Assembly (NCBI GenBank): GCA_031288865.1
Contig: JAITQN010000037.1
Location: 1-56,877 of the forward strand
DNA length: 56,877 nt
Direction: 5' to 3'
Source: Prevotellaceae bacterium
GTDB taxonomy: Bacteria; Bacteroidota; Bacteroidia; Bacteroidales; UBA932
Position numbers and translations under genes: made by a program. Shown piece after piece: positions 18,159 through 28,900 of the stretch. The notes beneath the pieces were generated by a model. It had not been told where the DNA came from and did not search any database. It worked only from the letters and a program-made list of their open reading frames with translations. Position 1 is the first letter of the stretch; each line of letters starts with the position of its first letter.

Positions 18159-19490
18159 ATGGAAAACACAAACATTATGAAATTAGGGGCGGTGGTGCTG
18201 CTGTTGTTGCTGGGCCTGGCGCAGTGCAAGGACGAGGACAGCTTTGCTCAGCACGACCCGGGCACCCCGGTAGAAGTGACTGCGTTTACGCCCGATAGCG
18301 GGAGTGCAGCCGCACAACTGCTGATTTACGGTTCCAACTTCGGCACCGACACGTCGTTAATAGAGGTTACCATTAATGGAACGAAAGCGCCGGTGCTGGG
18401 CAGCAACGGCTCGGTGATCTTTGCAATGGTGCCGCGCAAAGCCGCTGCGACCGATCGCTTCTGCAATGTGAAGCTGCGGGTAGGCACACAGGAAGTGCTG
18501 CTTAAGGAACAGTTCTACTACAAGCGCCGCTACATGGTCACGACGCTGGCCGGCACATCCGACAGGGACGGCCAGAGATACTATATCGACGGACCTATCG
18601 ACATGGCGCAGTTCAGAAACCCTTGCTGGCTGATGTTCGATGACAAGTATAACCTGTTCATTATTGATGAAGGTGATGGCGTGCGTTACATCAATGCGGC
18701 ACAAACGGAGGTTAAGACCCTTTTCCGGACAGGGAACGGTGTCTCACGCCCCCGCAGCATCGCCTTCACGTCGACCTACGACACCATGATTGTATCCAAC
18801 GACCAGCCCGATCAAAGCGGTTATTCGCAAGTCATGGTAAAGAGAAACGCTGATGGAAGCTGGCCGGAGAATGCTCCGTGGACGCCGGTATGCTATACCG
18901 TGAACTGCAATGGCGGCGCCTTCCACCCGGTGAACAATAACGAGTATTATTTCAACAGTTACACCAACGGAGAGGTTTACAAAGTAAACGATACCAAAGC
19001 GGCGCGCTGGACACCTGAAGAACTGTTCCGCACCGGCGATGTGAACTGGGAATTTGGAACCTACTTTGCCCCGAGCGGCAATTTCGCCTATTTCGTGGTC
19101 GTCAACAATCACTATATCGCCAGGTCTACCTACGATTGGGGCAACCACAAGCTATTGTCGCCCATCGACTTTGTGGGCGTGCGGGGTGAGAATAATCGCG
19201 TCGACGGCGCCCTCACCAATGCGCGCGTTACCCGTCCCTTCCAGGGCACGTTTGATGAAGACGATAACTTCTATTTCTGTGAACAGTGGAGCCACACTGT
19301 TCGCAAAATAACGCCCGAAGGCATTGTGACCACCTTTGCCGGCCGGTCATTCTCATTGGGCTTCGTGGATGGAGAATTACGGGAGGCGGTATTCAACGGT
19401 CCCGGTGGCATCGCTTACGATAAGCGCGACGGAACATTTTACGTTGGCGACGTCGGCAATGGGCGTATCCGCAAAATAGCAATCGAATAA
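18159..19490 (+). CDS. IPT/TIG-domain plus NHL-like beta-propeller lipoprotein
   Basis: Lipobox LGLAQCKDED. IPT/TIG-like VEVTAFTPDSGSAAAQLLIYGSNFG...IEVTINGTKAPV. Repeated NHL-like segments follow (TLAGT....G..DG....A.F..P). Positioned just upstream of susC. Confidence 0.7.
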   Translation: MENTNIMKLGAVVLLLLLGLAQCKDEDSFAQHDPGTPVEVTAFTPDSGSAAAQLLIYGSNFGTDTSLIEVTINGTKAPVLGSNGSVIFAMVPRKAAATDRFCNVKLRVGTQEVLLKEQFYYKRRYMVTTLAGTSDRDGQRYYIDGPIDMAQFRNPCWLMFDDKYNLFIIDEGDGVRYINAAQTEVKTLFRTGNGVSRPRSIAFTSTYDTMIVSNDQPDQSGYSQVMVKRNADGSWPENAPWTPVCYTVNCNGGAFHPVNNNEYYFNSYTNGEVYKVNDTKAARWTPEELFRTGDVNWEFGTYFAPSGNFAYFVVVNNHYIARSTYDWGNHKLLSPIDFVGVRGENNRVDGALTNARVTRPFQGTFDEDDNFYFCEQWSHTVRKITPEGIVTTFAGRSFSLGFVDGELREAVFNGPGGIAYDKRDGTFYVGDVGNGRIRKIAIE

Positions 19491-19501
19491 CTGAACAGAC
19501 T

Positions 19502-22500
19502 ATGAAAAAAATTACATTATATATAATAGTGTTCCTGTGTGCGGCAATCACTGCCGGCGCACAGGCCACGGGCAATGTCCCATTGGCTAAAATGGAAATT
19601 ACCGGAACGGTAACCGACACGCAGGGCGAGCCGCTCATCGGCGTGAGCGTCGTAGTCAAAAACAAGGCCGGGCTGGGCACCGCCACCGGTGTGGACGGCA
19701 GCTACCGCATCACCGTTGAACAGTACAACACACTGGTGTTCTCGTACCTCGGCTTCGAGACGCAGGAATTCCTGATAAAAGACGTCACCAGGATTGACGT
19801 CGTAATGAAAGAAAGCGTCAGCACCGTGCTCGACGAAGTGGTGATCACGGCCACAGGGACGCAGAAAAAGGCGACCCTCACCGGCGCCATCACCACGGTC
19901 GACCTCAAAACAATTAAAGTGCCCACGGCGAATATCACCAACGCCCTGGCCGGCAACGTGGCGGGGATTATCTCCATGCAGACCTCAGGCGAGCCGGGCT
20001 CCAATGCGTCGGAGTTCTGGATCCGCGGCATCTCCACCTTCGGGGCGGGCGCCAGCGCTTTGGTGCTGGTCGACGGCTTCGAGCGCCCGTTCAATGAACT
20101 CAATGTGGAAGACATCGAGTCGTTCTCCGTGCTGAAAGATGCGTCGGCCACCGCCATCTACGGCGCGCGCGGCGCCAACGGCGTGCTGTTGGTTACGACC
20201 AAGAAGGGGAATTCCGGGAAGATCAACATCAACGTGAAGGCCGAATACGGCTACGGCATGCGCACGCGCACGCCCGAATTTGTAGACGGCTACACCTATG
20301 CCGGCCTCGTGAACGAGGCGCGGCTCACCCGCAACCAGGAGCCGGTGTATACGCCGGCCGAGCTGGAAATCATAAAATACAACCTCGACCCGGATGTGTA
20401 CCCGAACGTGGACTGGATGGATGTGCTGCTGCGTGACGGCACCAACATCTACCGCGCATCGGTGAACCTGGACGGCGGCGGCCCCACAGCGCGCTACTTT
20501 GTGTCGGCCAGCTTCCTCGACGAGGGCGGCATCTACAAGACCGACGAAACGCTGAAAGACTACAACACCAACGCCAACCTGCAACGCTGGAACTACCGCT
20601 CGAACGTGGATATCGACATTACACCCACCACCGTGCTGCGCACCGGCGTGTCGGGCTTTCTCGAAAAGCAGAACAAGGCCGGGGTACAGGGACAGATAGA
20701 ATGGCTCAATCCCACCATCAACCATATTTGGAGCTCGCTGGTAGCCACCACGCCGGTAGCCGTCCCGGTGATGTATTCCAACGGACGTATCCCGGCAATG
20801 GGTGGAACGACCGCAGGCCGGCGATACAGCAACCCCTGGACGATGGCCACCCAAACCGGATATTCCGAATACTGGCGCAGCAAGGTGGAAACCAACGTGA
20901 CGCTCGAACAGGACTTCAAGTTTATCACCGAAGGCTTGCGCTTTGTAGGGCGTTTTGCGTTCGACTCCGACAGCAAGAACAGCATTTTCCACATCAAATT
21001 CCCCGAAGAGTGGCAGACCGGCCGGCGCCGCAATGTGGACGGCTCTCTCACCTGGCGGCGGTACAGTACCGAAATCCAGATGACCCAGAGCGCTGACTCA
21101 TGGAGCGAGCGGGTCTTTAACCTCGAAGGGGAACTGCACTACGCGCGGGGCTTCGCCGACATCCATAACATCACCGCCATGGTCAAATATGCCCAGCGCG
21201 AGCGGAAAGAAACCCTGAACACAGGCACCGATATGGTGCGCGGGGTTCCGCACCGCAACCAGTCGCTCGCCGGCCGCTTCACCTACGACCTGTTCGGCCG
21301 CTACTTCGTGGAATTTAACGGCGGCTACTCCGGCTCGGAAGTCTTCAAAACAGGCCACCAGTTCGGCTTCTTCCCGGCCATCTCCGGCGGGTGGAACATC
21401 TCGGAAGAGCCCTGGCTCAAACCCCACACGCCCTGGCTCGACCTCTTCAAAGTACGCTACTCTTACGGAAAGGTGGGCAATGAAAAAATCCAATTGCCCG
21501 ACGGCACCGAAATCCGCTTCCCCTACGTGGAAACGATCAGTGGTACGGATGGCGGAGCCGGGTACCAGTTCGCCGACTATGGCGACGCTTACTGGTTTGA
21601 CGGTAGACATTACACCGCCGTGGCGTCCGACGTGCTCACGTGGGAAGTGTCGACCAAGCACAATTTAGGGTTCGACATCCACCTGTTCGGCGACAAGTTC
21701 TCCGGCACCATCGATATCTACCGCGACGTGCGGAGCAGTATTTACATGCAACGCCAGCACCTCCCGGAAATGGCAGGCCTCACCAACCAGCCCTGGGCCA
21801 ACGTGGGCAAGATGGAAAACCGCGGCTTCGACGGCCAGTTCAACGCCATGCACCGCCTCGGCGACGTGGAATTTACCCTGCGCGGCAACATCACCTACAC
21901 CCACAACAAGGTGATCGAATATGACGAGGAAGCCAACGCGCTGCCCTACAAGATGACGCAGGGCTACCGCTGGCAACAGGCCAAGGGCCTCATTGCGCTG
22001 GGCCTGTTCAAGGATTACGACGACATCCGCAACAGCCCGAGGCAAACCTACGGAGAATACATGCCGGGCGACATTAAATATAAAGACGTGAACGGCGACG
22101 GCCTTATCGACGACAATGACATCGTGGCTGTGGGGGCGTCTCGTGTCCCGAGCCTGATTTACGGCATGGGGCTGTCGGTGATGTGGAAGGGATTTGATTT
22201 CAACATCCACTTCCAGGGCGCCGGCAAGTCGGCCTACTTCCTCAATGGCTTCGGCGTATATCCGTTCGTGGAAGGTGGAATAGGCAATATACTGAGCTTG
22301 GTGGGCGATCCCAACAACCGCTGGATCTCGCGCGAGATCTCCGGCACGCCCGACACCGAGCGCACCGACGCCATGTTCCCGCGCCTGTCCTACTCCCAAA
22401 TTGAGTGGCTCGCCGCCGGCGACGCATACGTCGGGGGGACTCAGAGCCCGGGCATCGGCCACCGAAACAATTACCGCGCCTCGACGTTCTGGCTGCGCGA

Positions 22501-22720
22501 TGGCGCCTACCTGCGCCTCAAGACGCTGGAAATAGGCTATACCATCCCCAAAGCCATCACCAACAAGGCGCACATGAACACCGTACGCCTGTACTTCATC
22601 GGCACGAACCTGCTCCTGTGGGACAGCCTGAAGGTTTGGGACCCGGAACTCGCCAGCGGGCACGGCATGAATTACCCCTTGGCCAAAACGCTGACCTTCG
22701 GATTAACCATTAACATGTAA
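19502..22720 (+). CDS. susC: SusC/RagA-family TonB-dependent transporter
   Basis: Carboxypeptidase-regulatory-like N-domain (ITGTVTDTQGEPLIGVSVVVKN...DGSYRI), TonB box DEVVITATG, and a plug with IESFSVLKDASATAIYGARGANGVLLVTTKKG. 1072 aa. No STN (anti-sigma-contacting) extension. Confidence 0.9.
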   Translation: MKKITLYIIVFLCAAITAGAQATGNVPLAKMEITGTVTDTQGEPLIGVSVVVKNKAGLGTATGVDGSYRITVEQYNTLVFSYLGFETQEFLIKDVTRIDVVMKESVSTVLDEVVITATGTQKKATLTGAITTVDLKTIKVPTANITNALAGNVAGIISMQTSGEPGSNASEFWIRGISTFGAGASALVLVDGFERPFNELNVEDIESFSVLKDASATAIYGARGANGVLLVTTKKGNSGKININVKAEYGYGMRTRTPEFVDGYTYAGLVNEARLTRNQEPVYTPAELEIIKYNLDPDVYPNVDWMDVLLRDGTNIYRASVNLDGGGPTARYFVSASFLDEGGIYKTDETLKDYNTNANLQRWNYRSNVDIDITPTTVLRTGVSGFLEKQNKAGVQGQIEWLNPTINHIWSSLVATTPVAVPVMYSNGRIPAMGGTTAGRRYSNPWTMATQTGYSEYWRSKVETNVTLEQDFKFITEGLRFVGRFAFDSDSKNSIFHIKFPEEWQTGRRRNVDGSLTWRRYSTEIQMTQSADSWSERVFNLEGELHYARGFADIHNITAMVKYAQRERKETLNTGTDMVRGVPHRNQSLAGRFTYDLFGRYFVEFNGGYSGSEVFKTGHQFGFFPAISGGWNISEEPWLKPHTPWLDLFKVRYSYGKVGNEKIQLPDGTEIRFPYVETISGTDGGAGYQFADYGDAYWFDGRHYTAVASDVLTWEVSTKHNLGFDIHLFGDKFSGTIDIYRDVRSSIYMQRQHLPEMAGLTNQPWANVGKMENRGFDGQFNAMHRLGDVEFTLRGNITYTHNKVIEYDEEANALPYKMTQGYRWQQAKGLIALGLFKDYDDIRNSPRQTYGEYMPGDIKYKDVNGDGLIDDNDIVAVGASRVPSLIYGMGLSVMWKGFDFNIHFQGAGKSAYFLNGFGVYPFVEGGIGNILSLVGDPNNRWISREISGTPDTERTDAMFPRLSYSQIEWLAAGDAYVGGTQSPGIGHRNNYRASTFWLRDGAYLRLKTLEIGYTIPKAITNKAHMNTVRLYFIGTNLLLWDSLKVWDPELASGHGMNYPLAKTLTFGLTINM

Positions 22721-22725
22721 CGATT

Positions 22726-24852
22726 ATGAAAATTAAAATACAATATGCCATGAAAAAAATAGTGCTTACCGGCTTGGCGGCGCTGCTGGCCGTGTCGTGT
22801 AACGAATATTTGAATGTGGAACACCTGCTCGACGAGTCGCTCAGTTTGCAGGATGTGTTCGAGAGCAAAGACTACTCCGACCAGTGGCTGGCCAATGTGT
22901 ATTCACACCTCGATAATGAAAATGCAGACGTGGCCAGTAAAGGTGCAAATCTGCAGGTGGGGATGCCCTTCAATATGATTTCCGACGACATCTATTACAA
23001 CGACCGCCATGCGCAGGACTATGCTTACTCCCGGTTCAAAAACGGCGTATATGTCGAGTCCGACGTCCAAAGTTCCTGGGCATCGTGTTACCAGGCTATC
23101 CGCGACGCCACCACCTATATTTATAATATCGACATCTGCAAGGAACTCTCGGCGAAAGAAATAATCGACCGCAAGGCGCAGGCCCGCTTCCTGAGGGCTT
23201 ACTACTACTGGCTGCTGCTGCGCAAGTATGGCCCGGTTCCCCTCCTGCCCGACGAGGGGATAGACTTCACGCAAGACTATACCGCCTTAGCCGTGCCGCG
23301 CAGTACTTACGAGGAATGCGCCACCTACATTGGCAGCGAGCTGGCGCTGGCCGCCAGGGATTTGGACTATATGCGCGATAACCTCAACCTTGCCCGGCCT
23401 ACCAGAGGGGCTGCCTTAGCCGCCCGCGCCAAAGTGTATCTCTATGCGGCCAGCCCGCTGTTCAACGGCAACACCGACCCCTGGGCGGCGCAGTTGGTCG
23501 ACCACGAGGGCAAGCGCTTAGTCTCGGAAACTTACGACGAAAGCAAATGGGCGCGTGCCGCCGCCGCCGCCTGGGAAGTGACGGACCTGGGCCTGTACCG
23601 TCTGTATGTATACCCGAAGAGAGAGAGTGATGAGCAGGGACCCTCCGTGGGCTATAACAAGTGGATGACTTTCCCCTATACCCGCTACCCGGCTACGGTA
23701 GAGCCGCCCTACCATCCGGATTATTCGGACCGTAATTGGAACCAATATGGCAGGGGCGACTACGGCTGGAAGAATATCGACCCGTTCGAATCATACCGCC
23801 GGCTGTTCGACGGCCACCTGACGGGACCCGGCAATCCGGAATTGATCTTCACGCGGGGACAAAACCAGGGAAATGCAAATGAAAACATAATGTCCATGGC
23901 GATTCACGCGATGCCATTTTCCTTAAATGGCTGGAACACGCACGGCATGAGCCTGAAAATGTATGACGCCTATTACATGAACAACGGCGATGAATTTCCG
24001 GCGAACAGCCGCCCCACAGGATACACCGACACGATTACGGTTCCCGTCATGAGCCCGAACCACTATACCAATTATCCGCCCCTGCCGCCGCACGTATCGC
24101 TGCAACACGCCAACCGCGAGCCGCGCTTCTATGCTTCGGTGGCCTACAACGGCAGCATCTGGGAAGCGCATGGCCGTTACGCGACCGATGCATCCAGAAA
24201 CAGAGAATTGTGTTACAAGCAGGCGTTTTATTACCGCGATTCCGAAGACGGCAAACGGCCGGGCGAATCGCAGTTTTACCTGCCCACCGGCATCGGCATC
24301 AAAAAATACTACCACGTGAGTGATTACAGCGGTAGTGTGGCGAATAAGCTGGAGCCGGCCATCCGCTATGCCGAAATCCTGCTCATCTACGCCGAAGCGC
24401 TGAACGAACTCACCACCTCCTACACGATACCGTCGTATGACGGCGCGACGCAGATTACCGTAAGCCGCGACCCCAGCGAGATGCGCTGGGCGATGAAACA
24501 AATCCGCGTCCGCGCCGGCCTGCCCGATTTCGCGCCCGCCATATACAACAGCGCGGATGACTTCAGGAAAAAACTCAAACGCGAACGCCAAATCGAACTC
24601 ATGGGCGAGACGCACCGCTACTTCGACCTGCGCCGCTGGAAAGACGCGCCCACAGAAGAAGCCGACCCCATGTGGGGCTTCAACATGAATATGCCCACCG
24701 CCCAAAGAGACCTGTTCGACATCCCGGTGGAAGTCACCGACCTGCCGAGCGTGTTCGTGGACAAAATGTACCTGTGGCCTATCTCCCACAACGAATTAAG
24801 GAAAAACAGGAAACTCACCCAAAATCCGGGCTGGACATACTTTACCGAATAA
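22726..24852 (+). CDS. susD: SusD/RagB-family nutrient-binding lipoprotein
   Basis: Immediately follows susC. Lipobox LLAVSCNEYL and typical SusD N-terminal helix text (DVFESKDYSDQWLANVYSHL). Ends ...LRKNRKLTQNPGW. Alternative start at ATG 22750. Confidence 0.85.
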   Translation: MKIKIQYAMKKIVLTGLAALLAVSCNEYLNVEHLLDESLSLQDVFESKDYSDQWLANVYSHLDNENADVASKGANLQVGMPFNMISDDIYYNDRHAQDYAYSRFKNGVYVESDVQSSWASCYQAIRDATTYIYNIDICKELSAKEIIDRKAQARFLRAYYYWLLLRKYGPVPLLPDEGIDFTQDYTALAVPRSTYEECATYIGSELALAARDLDYMRDNLNLARPTRGAALAARAKVYLYAASPLFNGNTDPWAAQLVDHEGKRLVSETYDESKWARAAAAAWEVTDLGLYRLYVYPKRESDEQGPSVGYNKWMTFPYTRYPATVEPPYHPDYSDRNWNQYGRGDYGWKNIDPFESYRRLFDGHLTGPGNPELIFTRGQNQGNANENIMSMAIHAMPFSLNGWNTHGMSLKMYDAYYMNNGDEFPANSRPTGYTDTITVPVMSPNHYTNYPPLPPHVSLQHANREPRFYASVAYNGSIWEAHGRYATDASRNRELCYKQAFYYRDSEDGKRPGESQFYLPTGIGIKKYYHVSDYSGSVANKLEPAIRYAEILLIYAEALNELTTSYTIPSYDGATQITVSRDPSEMRWAMKQIRVRAGLPDFAPAIYNSADDFRKKLKRERQIELMGETHRYFDLRRWKDAPTEEADPMWGFNMNMPTAQRDLFDIPVEVTDLPSVFVDKMYLWPISHNELRKNRKLTQNPGWTYFTE

Positions 24853-24870
24853 CTTTAAATCATTTCAAGC

Positions 24871-25893
24871 ATGAAAACACTAAGAAAAATATATATGATA
24901 CTCGCGCTGGCTGCCCCCTGCGTGCTGTTCCCCGCTTGCAACGACGAATGGACGGAAGAGCAGTATGAGAAAACAGTGGCGTTCGTCAAGTCGGGCTATA
25001 CGGATATTTACCTTAAATACGACGCCACGAGCGGCGTGGTGTCCTACAAAGTCCCGGTGCTGGTGAACGGCTCTGCCGGGAACGACCAGAACGTGATCGT
25101 AACGGTGGCTTTAGACCCCGACACCCTCGTGATGTTGAACTACGAGCGCTTCCGGCTCCGCAAGGATTTATATTTTAAACTCCTGAAACCGGAGCACTAC
25201 ACCCTGAAGTCCGAAACGGTAACCATACCGGCCGGCGAGAACACCGCAGTCCTGGATGTCGATTTCAGCCTGCAGGGGTTAGACCTGGTGGACAAACACA
25301 TCCTGCCGCTGCAAATCACGGCCACCTCCGTGTACGAGCCCTCGCCCCGGAAATGGTACAAGAAGACGATGATGCGCATCGTGCCCTTTAACGACTATTC
25401 GGGAAACTACATGCCCACCTCCGGCAACATTACGTTTATCGATGACAATGGAGACCCGGTACTCGATGTCAACGGAAATACGACCATCATACCGCTTGAA
25501 GACTATCGCGACGCCCGCGTGGTAGACGAGAACACCGTGTTCTTCTATGCCGGCGTAGTGGAAGAACAGGCGCGCGACAGGGCCAGATACAAAGTACAAA
25601 TGCGGTTCAACCCCGACGGCACGCTTACCTTGTGGGCCGACGACCCCGACATTAAGTTCACACAAATCAACGACCCCACCGTCAACTTCAATAATTACTC
25701 CGTCGTGACGGCTTTCGACCAAGCGCTTCCTTACCTGGAGCACCGCTATACGATCGTCCGGCTGGATTACAGCTTCACCGATGTGAGTCATCCCTCTTAC
25801 CAGGTGCGCTACCACGTACAGGGCAGCTTGACGATGGAACGCAAGCGCAATACGCTCATCCCGGAAGAAGACCAGCAATTTATCTTTGATTAA
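24871..25893 (+). CDS. PUL-associated surface lipoprotein (DUF1735/DUF4973-like)
   Basis: Lipobox LFPACNDE. Pattern VAFVKSGYTDIYLKYD...YKVPVLVNGSAGNDQNV.V.V..D ... LPLQI is typical of BT_3987/DUF1735-type N-domains found after susD. Family assignment is from memory of motif style only. Confidence 0.45.
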   Translation: MKTLRKIYMILALAAPCVLFPACNDEWTEEQYEKTVAFVKSGYTDIYLKYDATSGVVSYKVPVLVNGSAGNDQNVIVTVALDPDTLVMLNYERFRLRKDLYFKLLKPEHYTLKSETVTIPAGENTAVLDVDFSLQGLDLVDKHILPLQITATSVYEPSPRKWYKKTMMRIVPFNDYSGNYMPTSGNITFIDDNGDPVLDVNGNTTIIPLEDYRDARVVDENTVFFYAGVVEEQARDRARYKVQMRFNPDGTLTLWADDPDIKFTQINDPTVNFNNYSVVTAFDQALPYLEHRYTIVRLDYSFTDVSHPSYQVRYHVQGSLTMERKRNTLIPEEDQQFIFD

Positions 25894-25916
25894 TTACAAA
25901 TTAAAATATGTAACTT

Positions 25917-28900
25917 ATGAAAAAATTATCCTTGATTATGTCAGTCCTTTTGGCAGGGCTGGCATACGTGTCCTGCGAAAAGGAAGAAGAGCAGGATATC
26001 GAAAAAGTCATTTCGCTGACCACACCACCCGCCAACACCCTGTTTGACCTGGCAACGGTAAGCGACGTCAGCTTCGCCTGGAAAGAGCAAGGCGCCATTG
26101 AAGGAAACTACAAGTGGCTGCTCAGCAAAACCGACGACCTGAAAGCCGCCAAAGAAAAACACGCGAACAACAACCCGTTCGTCGTGTCGGCTGAAGAGTT
26201 GGAACAACTCCTCGAAGAATTAGGCATTGTTCAGGAAGAGACGCCGGAACCGCAAACGCTCTACTGGTCGATAGTGGCCGGAGAGGTAAAGGCCAAAGCG
26301 CGTCCCATTAAACTGGTGCGCAAACCGTTGCGCTTGACCCCCGAAATCGCACTCACGGCGCCGCCAAACAGTGAATCCTTCGACCTGCAAAAAGTCACCG
26401 GCGTTAACTTCAGGTGGTCGGTGAATTCGGTGAACCCCATCACCGACCTTGTCCTCGTGCTGGACGACGACGCCACCTTCGCTAATCCGGCAACCTACAC
26501 CGTTACCACAAGCCCATTCAAACTGAATGCGGGAACGCTTGACTCGCTCCTCATGACAAAGGGCGTGCCAAGAGAAGGGTCGCGTACGCTGCACTGGTCG
26601 GTATGGCCGGCCGACGCCGCCATTGCCGCCGACACCTACACGCGCAGCATCAACCTGACACGCATCAAACAGGCCAGAATTGCACTCTCCGCACCGGAAA
26701 ACGGGGCAGACTTCGACCTCACGGACGACGGCCTTTCGAAAATAACGTTCGCCTGGGAAAAGATCGTCACCAGCGAGATGAACATCACCAACTACGTGCT
26801 GGAAGTAAGCGCTGACGCCAGCTTCACAAGCCCGGCGGCCATCACCGTAAACGGAGCAACCTCGCATGATGTCTTGAGAGACCAGCTCACGACCTGGATC
26901 ATAGCCACCGGCACCCTGAAAGGACAGGAGCACACCTTCTACTGGTCGGTGAAACCCGAAACGCCCGGCCTGGAAATCATCCTCGACACCTTGCGCTTCG
27001 ACCTGCGGCGCAGGGCCAAAACCGAAATCAGCCTCAACGCGCCGGCTGCCGATGAAACCATCGACCTGCTCCCCGCATATGCATCACCGCTGGAGTTCAC
27101 GTGGGACATGTACCCCACCGATACCATCACCAAGTTCCAGCTCGTCATCAGCGAGAACAGCGACCTCTCGGGTACCGGTAACTTCGTTGTGCCGGTGACC
27201 GCATCACCCGCTACCGTCACCGGAAAAGACCTCGACGACTGGCTGAGCGCGGCAGGCAAAGAAAAGGGCTCGACCACCGACCTGTATTGGAGTATCAGGC
27301 CTGTGGTAACAGGGCTCGACGTCACCACCCACGCGCGGCCGGTAAAACTGACGCGCGTACTGCCCACCGTCATCACCCTGAACATGCCCGCTGCAGAGGC
27401 CTCCATCAATACGGACACAAGGCCCGATGGCATTATATTCACCTGGACGATTACGCCTTCGATTGACGCCGGCCTCCCGGTCGATTTCGTGATAAGCGCC
27501 GACAATTTCGCCTCTTCAACCACACATGCAAATGCCACCAGCCCGGCCACCGTAACCATTGCCGGCCTTGAAAAGTTGCTCAATGGGGGCAGTGCACTGC
27601 CTGAGAAACAGCACTACGACTTCTACTGGAAGGTAGTGCCCCACGATGCGGCTGTGGACGCTGCCACCTACTCGCAGCATATCGACGTGCATAACTCCCC
27701 GGCGCCCACCATCGCGCCGACCGCACCCGCCACCGACGTCACCTATGACCTGCTCACCCATACCGCCAATGTGGATTTTGGGTGGACGGTAAACCAACCC
27801 GTCACGTTTGACTTCAACCTCGTCACAGGACGGCAAAGCGACCTTTCGGACGCTGCTACTCATACCACCGTGGCAACGACCGCGAGCTCCATCACCCTGA
27901 CGCCCGCAGACTTTGACGCGCTGGCCGAAGCCGCCGGAATCGCACGGGGCGCCTCAGGCGACTTCTACTGGTCGATATATCCCGCAGTAGCCAACCCCAT
28001 CGATAATGCGAAAACAACCATCCGGAAATTCACCGTGATCCGGAGACCCTTCCCGATTATCACAGTGACTGCACCCGGCAACAACACCGCCTTTGACTTG
28101 AACAGCCTGGCCGCCAACACAGACTTCACATGGACGGTAGACCAAACCGGTGTGTTTAGCGACTTTAATCTGGTAATAGGAAAAGAAAGCGACCTCTCGG
28201 ACGGCGCTAAGGTGAAAAACGGCACGAGCCCCATTAGCGTGACACCTGCAGAGCTTGACGCGCTGGCCAAAGCCGCCGGCGTAGAACGGAACTCCTCGGG
28301 TACCTTCTACTGGTCGATACTGCCGGGCGACGCCGAAACCGAAACGGCCATAACCGACACCAATAAATTCTCCGTGACGCGGAAGCCTGCACCGACAATC
28401 ACACTGACCGCACCGGCCAACAACGCCACTGCCGCCCTCGCGACAGTAACCAACGTGAATTTCGGATGGACGGTAGCCCCAACCGGTGTGTTTACCGACT
28501 TCAAGCTGGTAATAGGAAAAGAAAGCGACCTCTCGGATGGCGTTGCGGCGAAAACCGGCACAACGAGCCCCATTAACATGACGGCCGCAGAACTTGACGC
28601 GGTGGCTGCCACGGCCGGTGGACTTAAAGGCCACGACCAGGTACTCTACTGGTCGATACAGCCAAACAGCGCTTTCGACCCGGAAGACTCGCCCACCACT
28701 TATATCAGGAAGCACACCGTGACGCGGATTCCCGCACCCGCCATCACGCTCACCGGCCCGAACAACAACACGACAAGCAATTTGAACAGCGTGACGAGTG
28801 TGAACTTCACCTGGAACGACATTGCCAGCGCAGCGCCCTACAAGCTGATATTGTGTAAGGATAACACCTTTGCCACCGTAAAGACGGTAGAAAACATCAC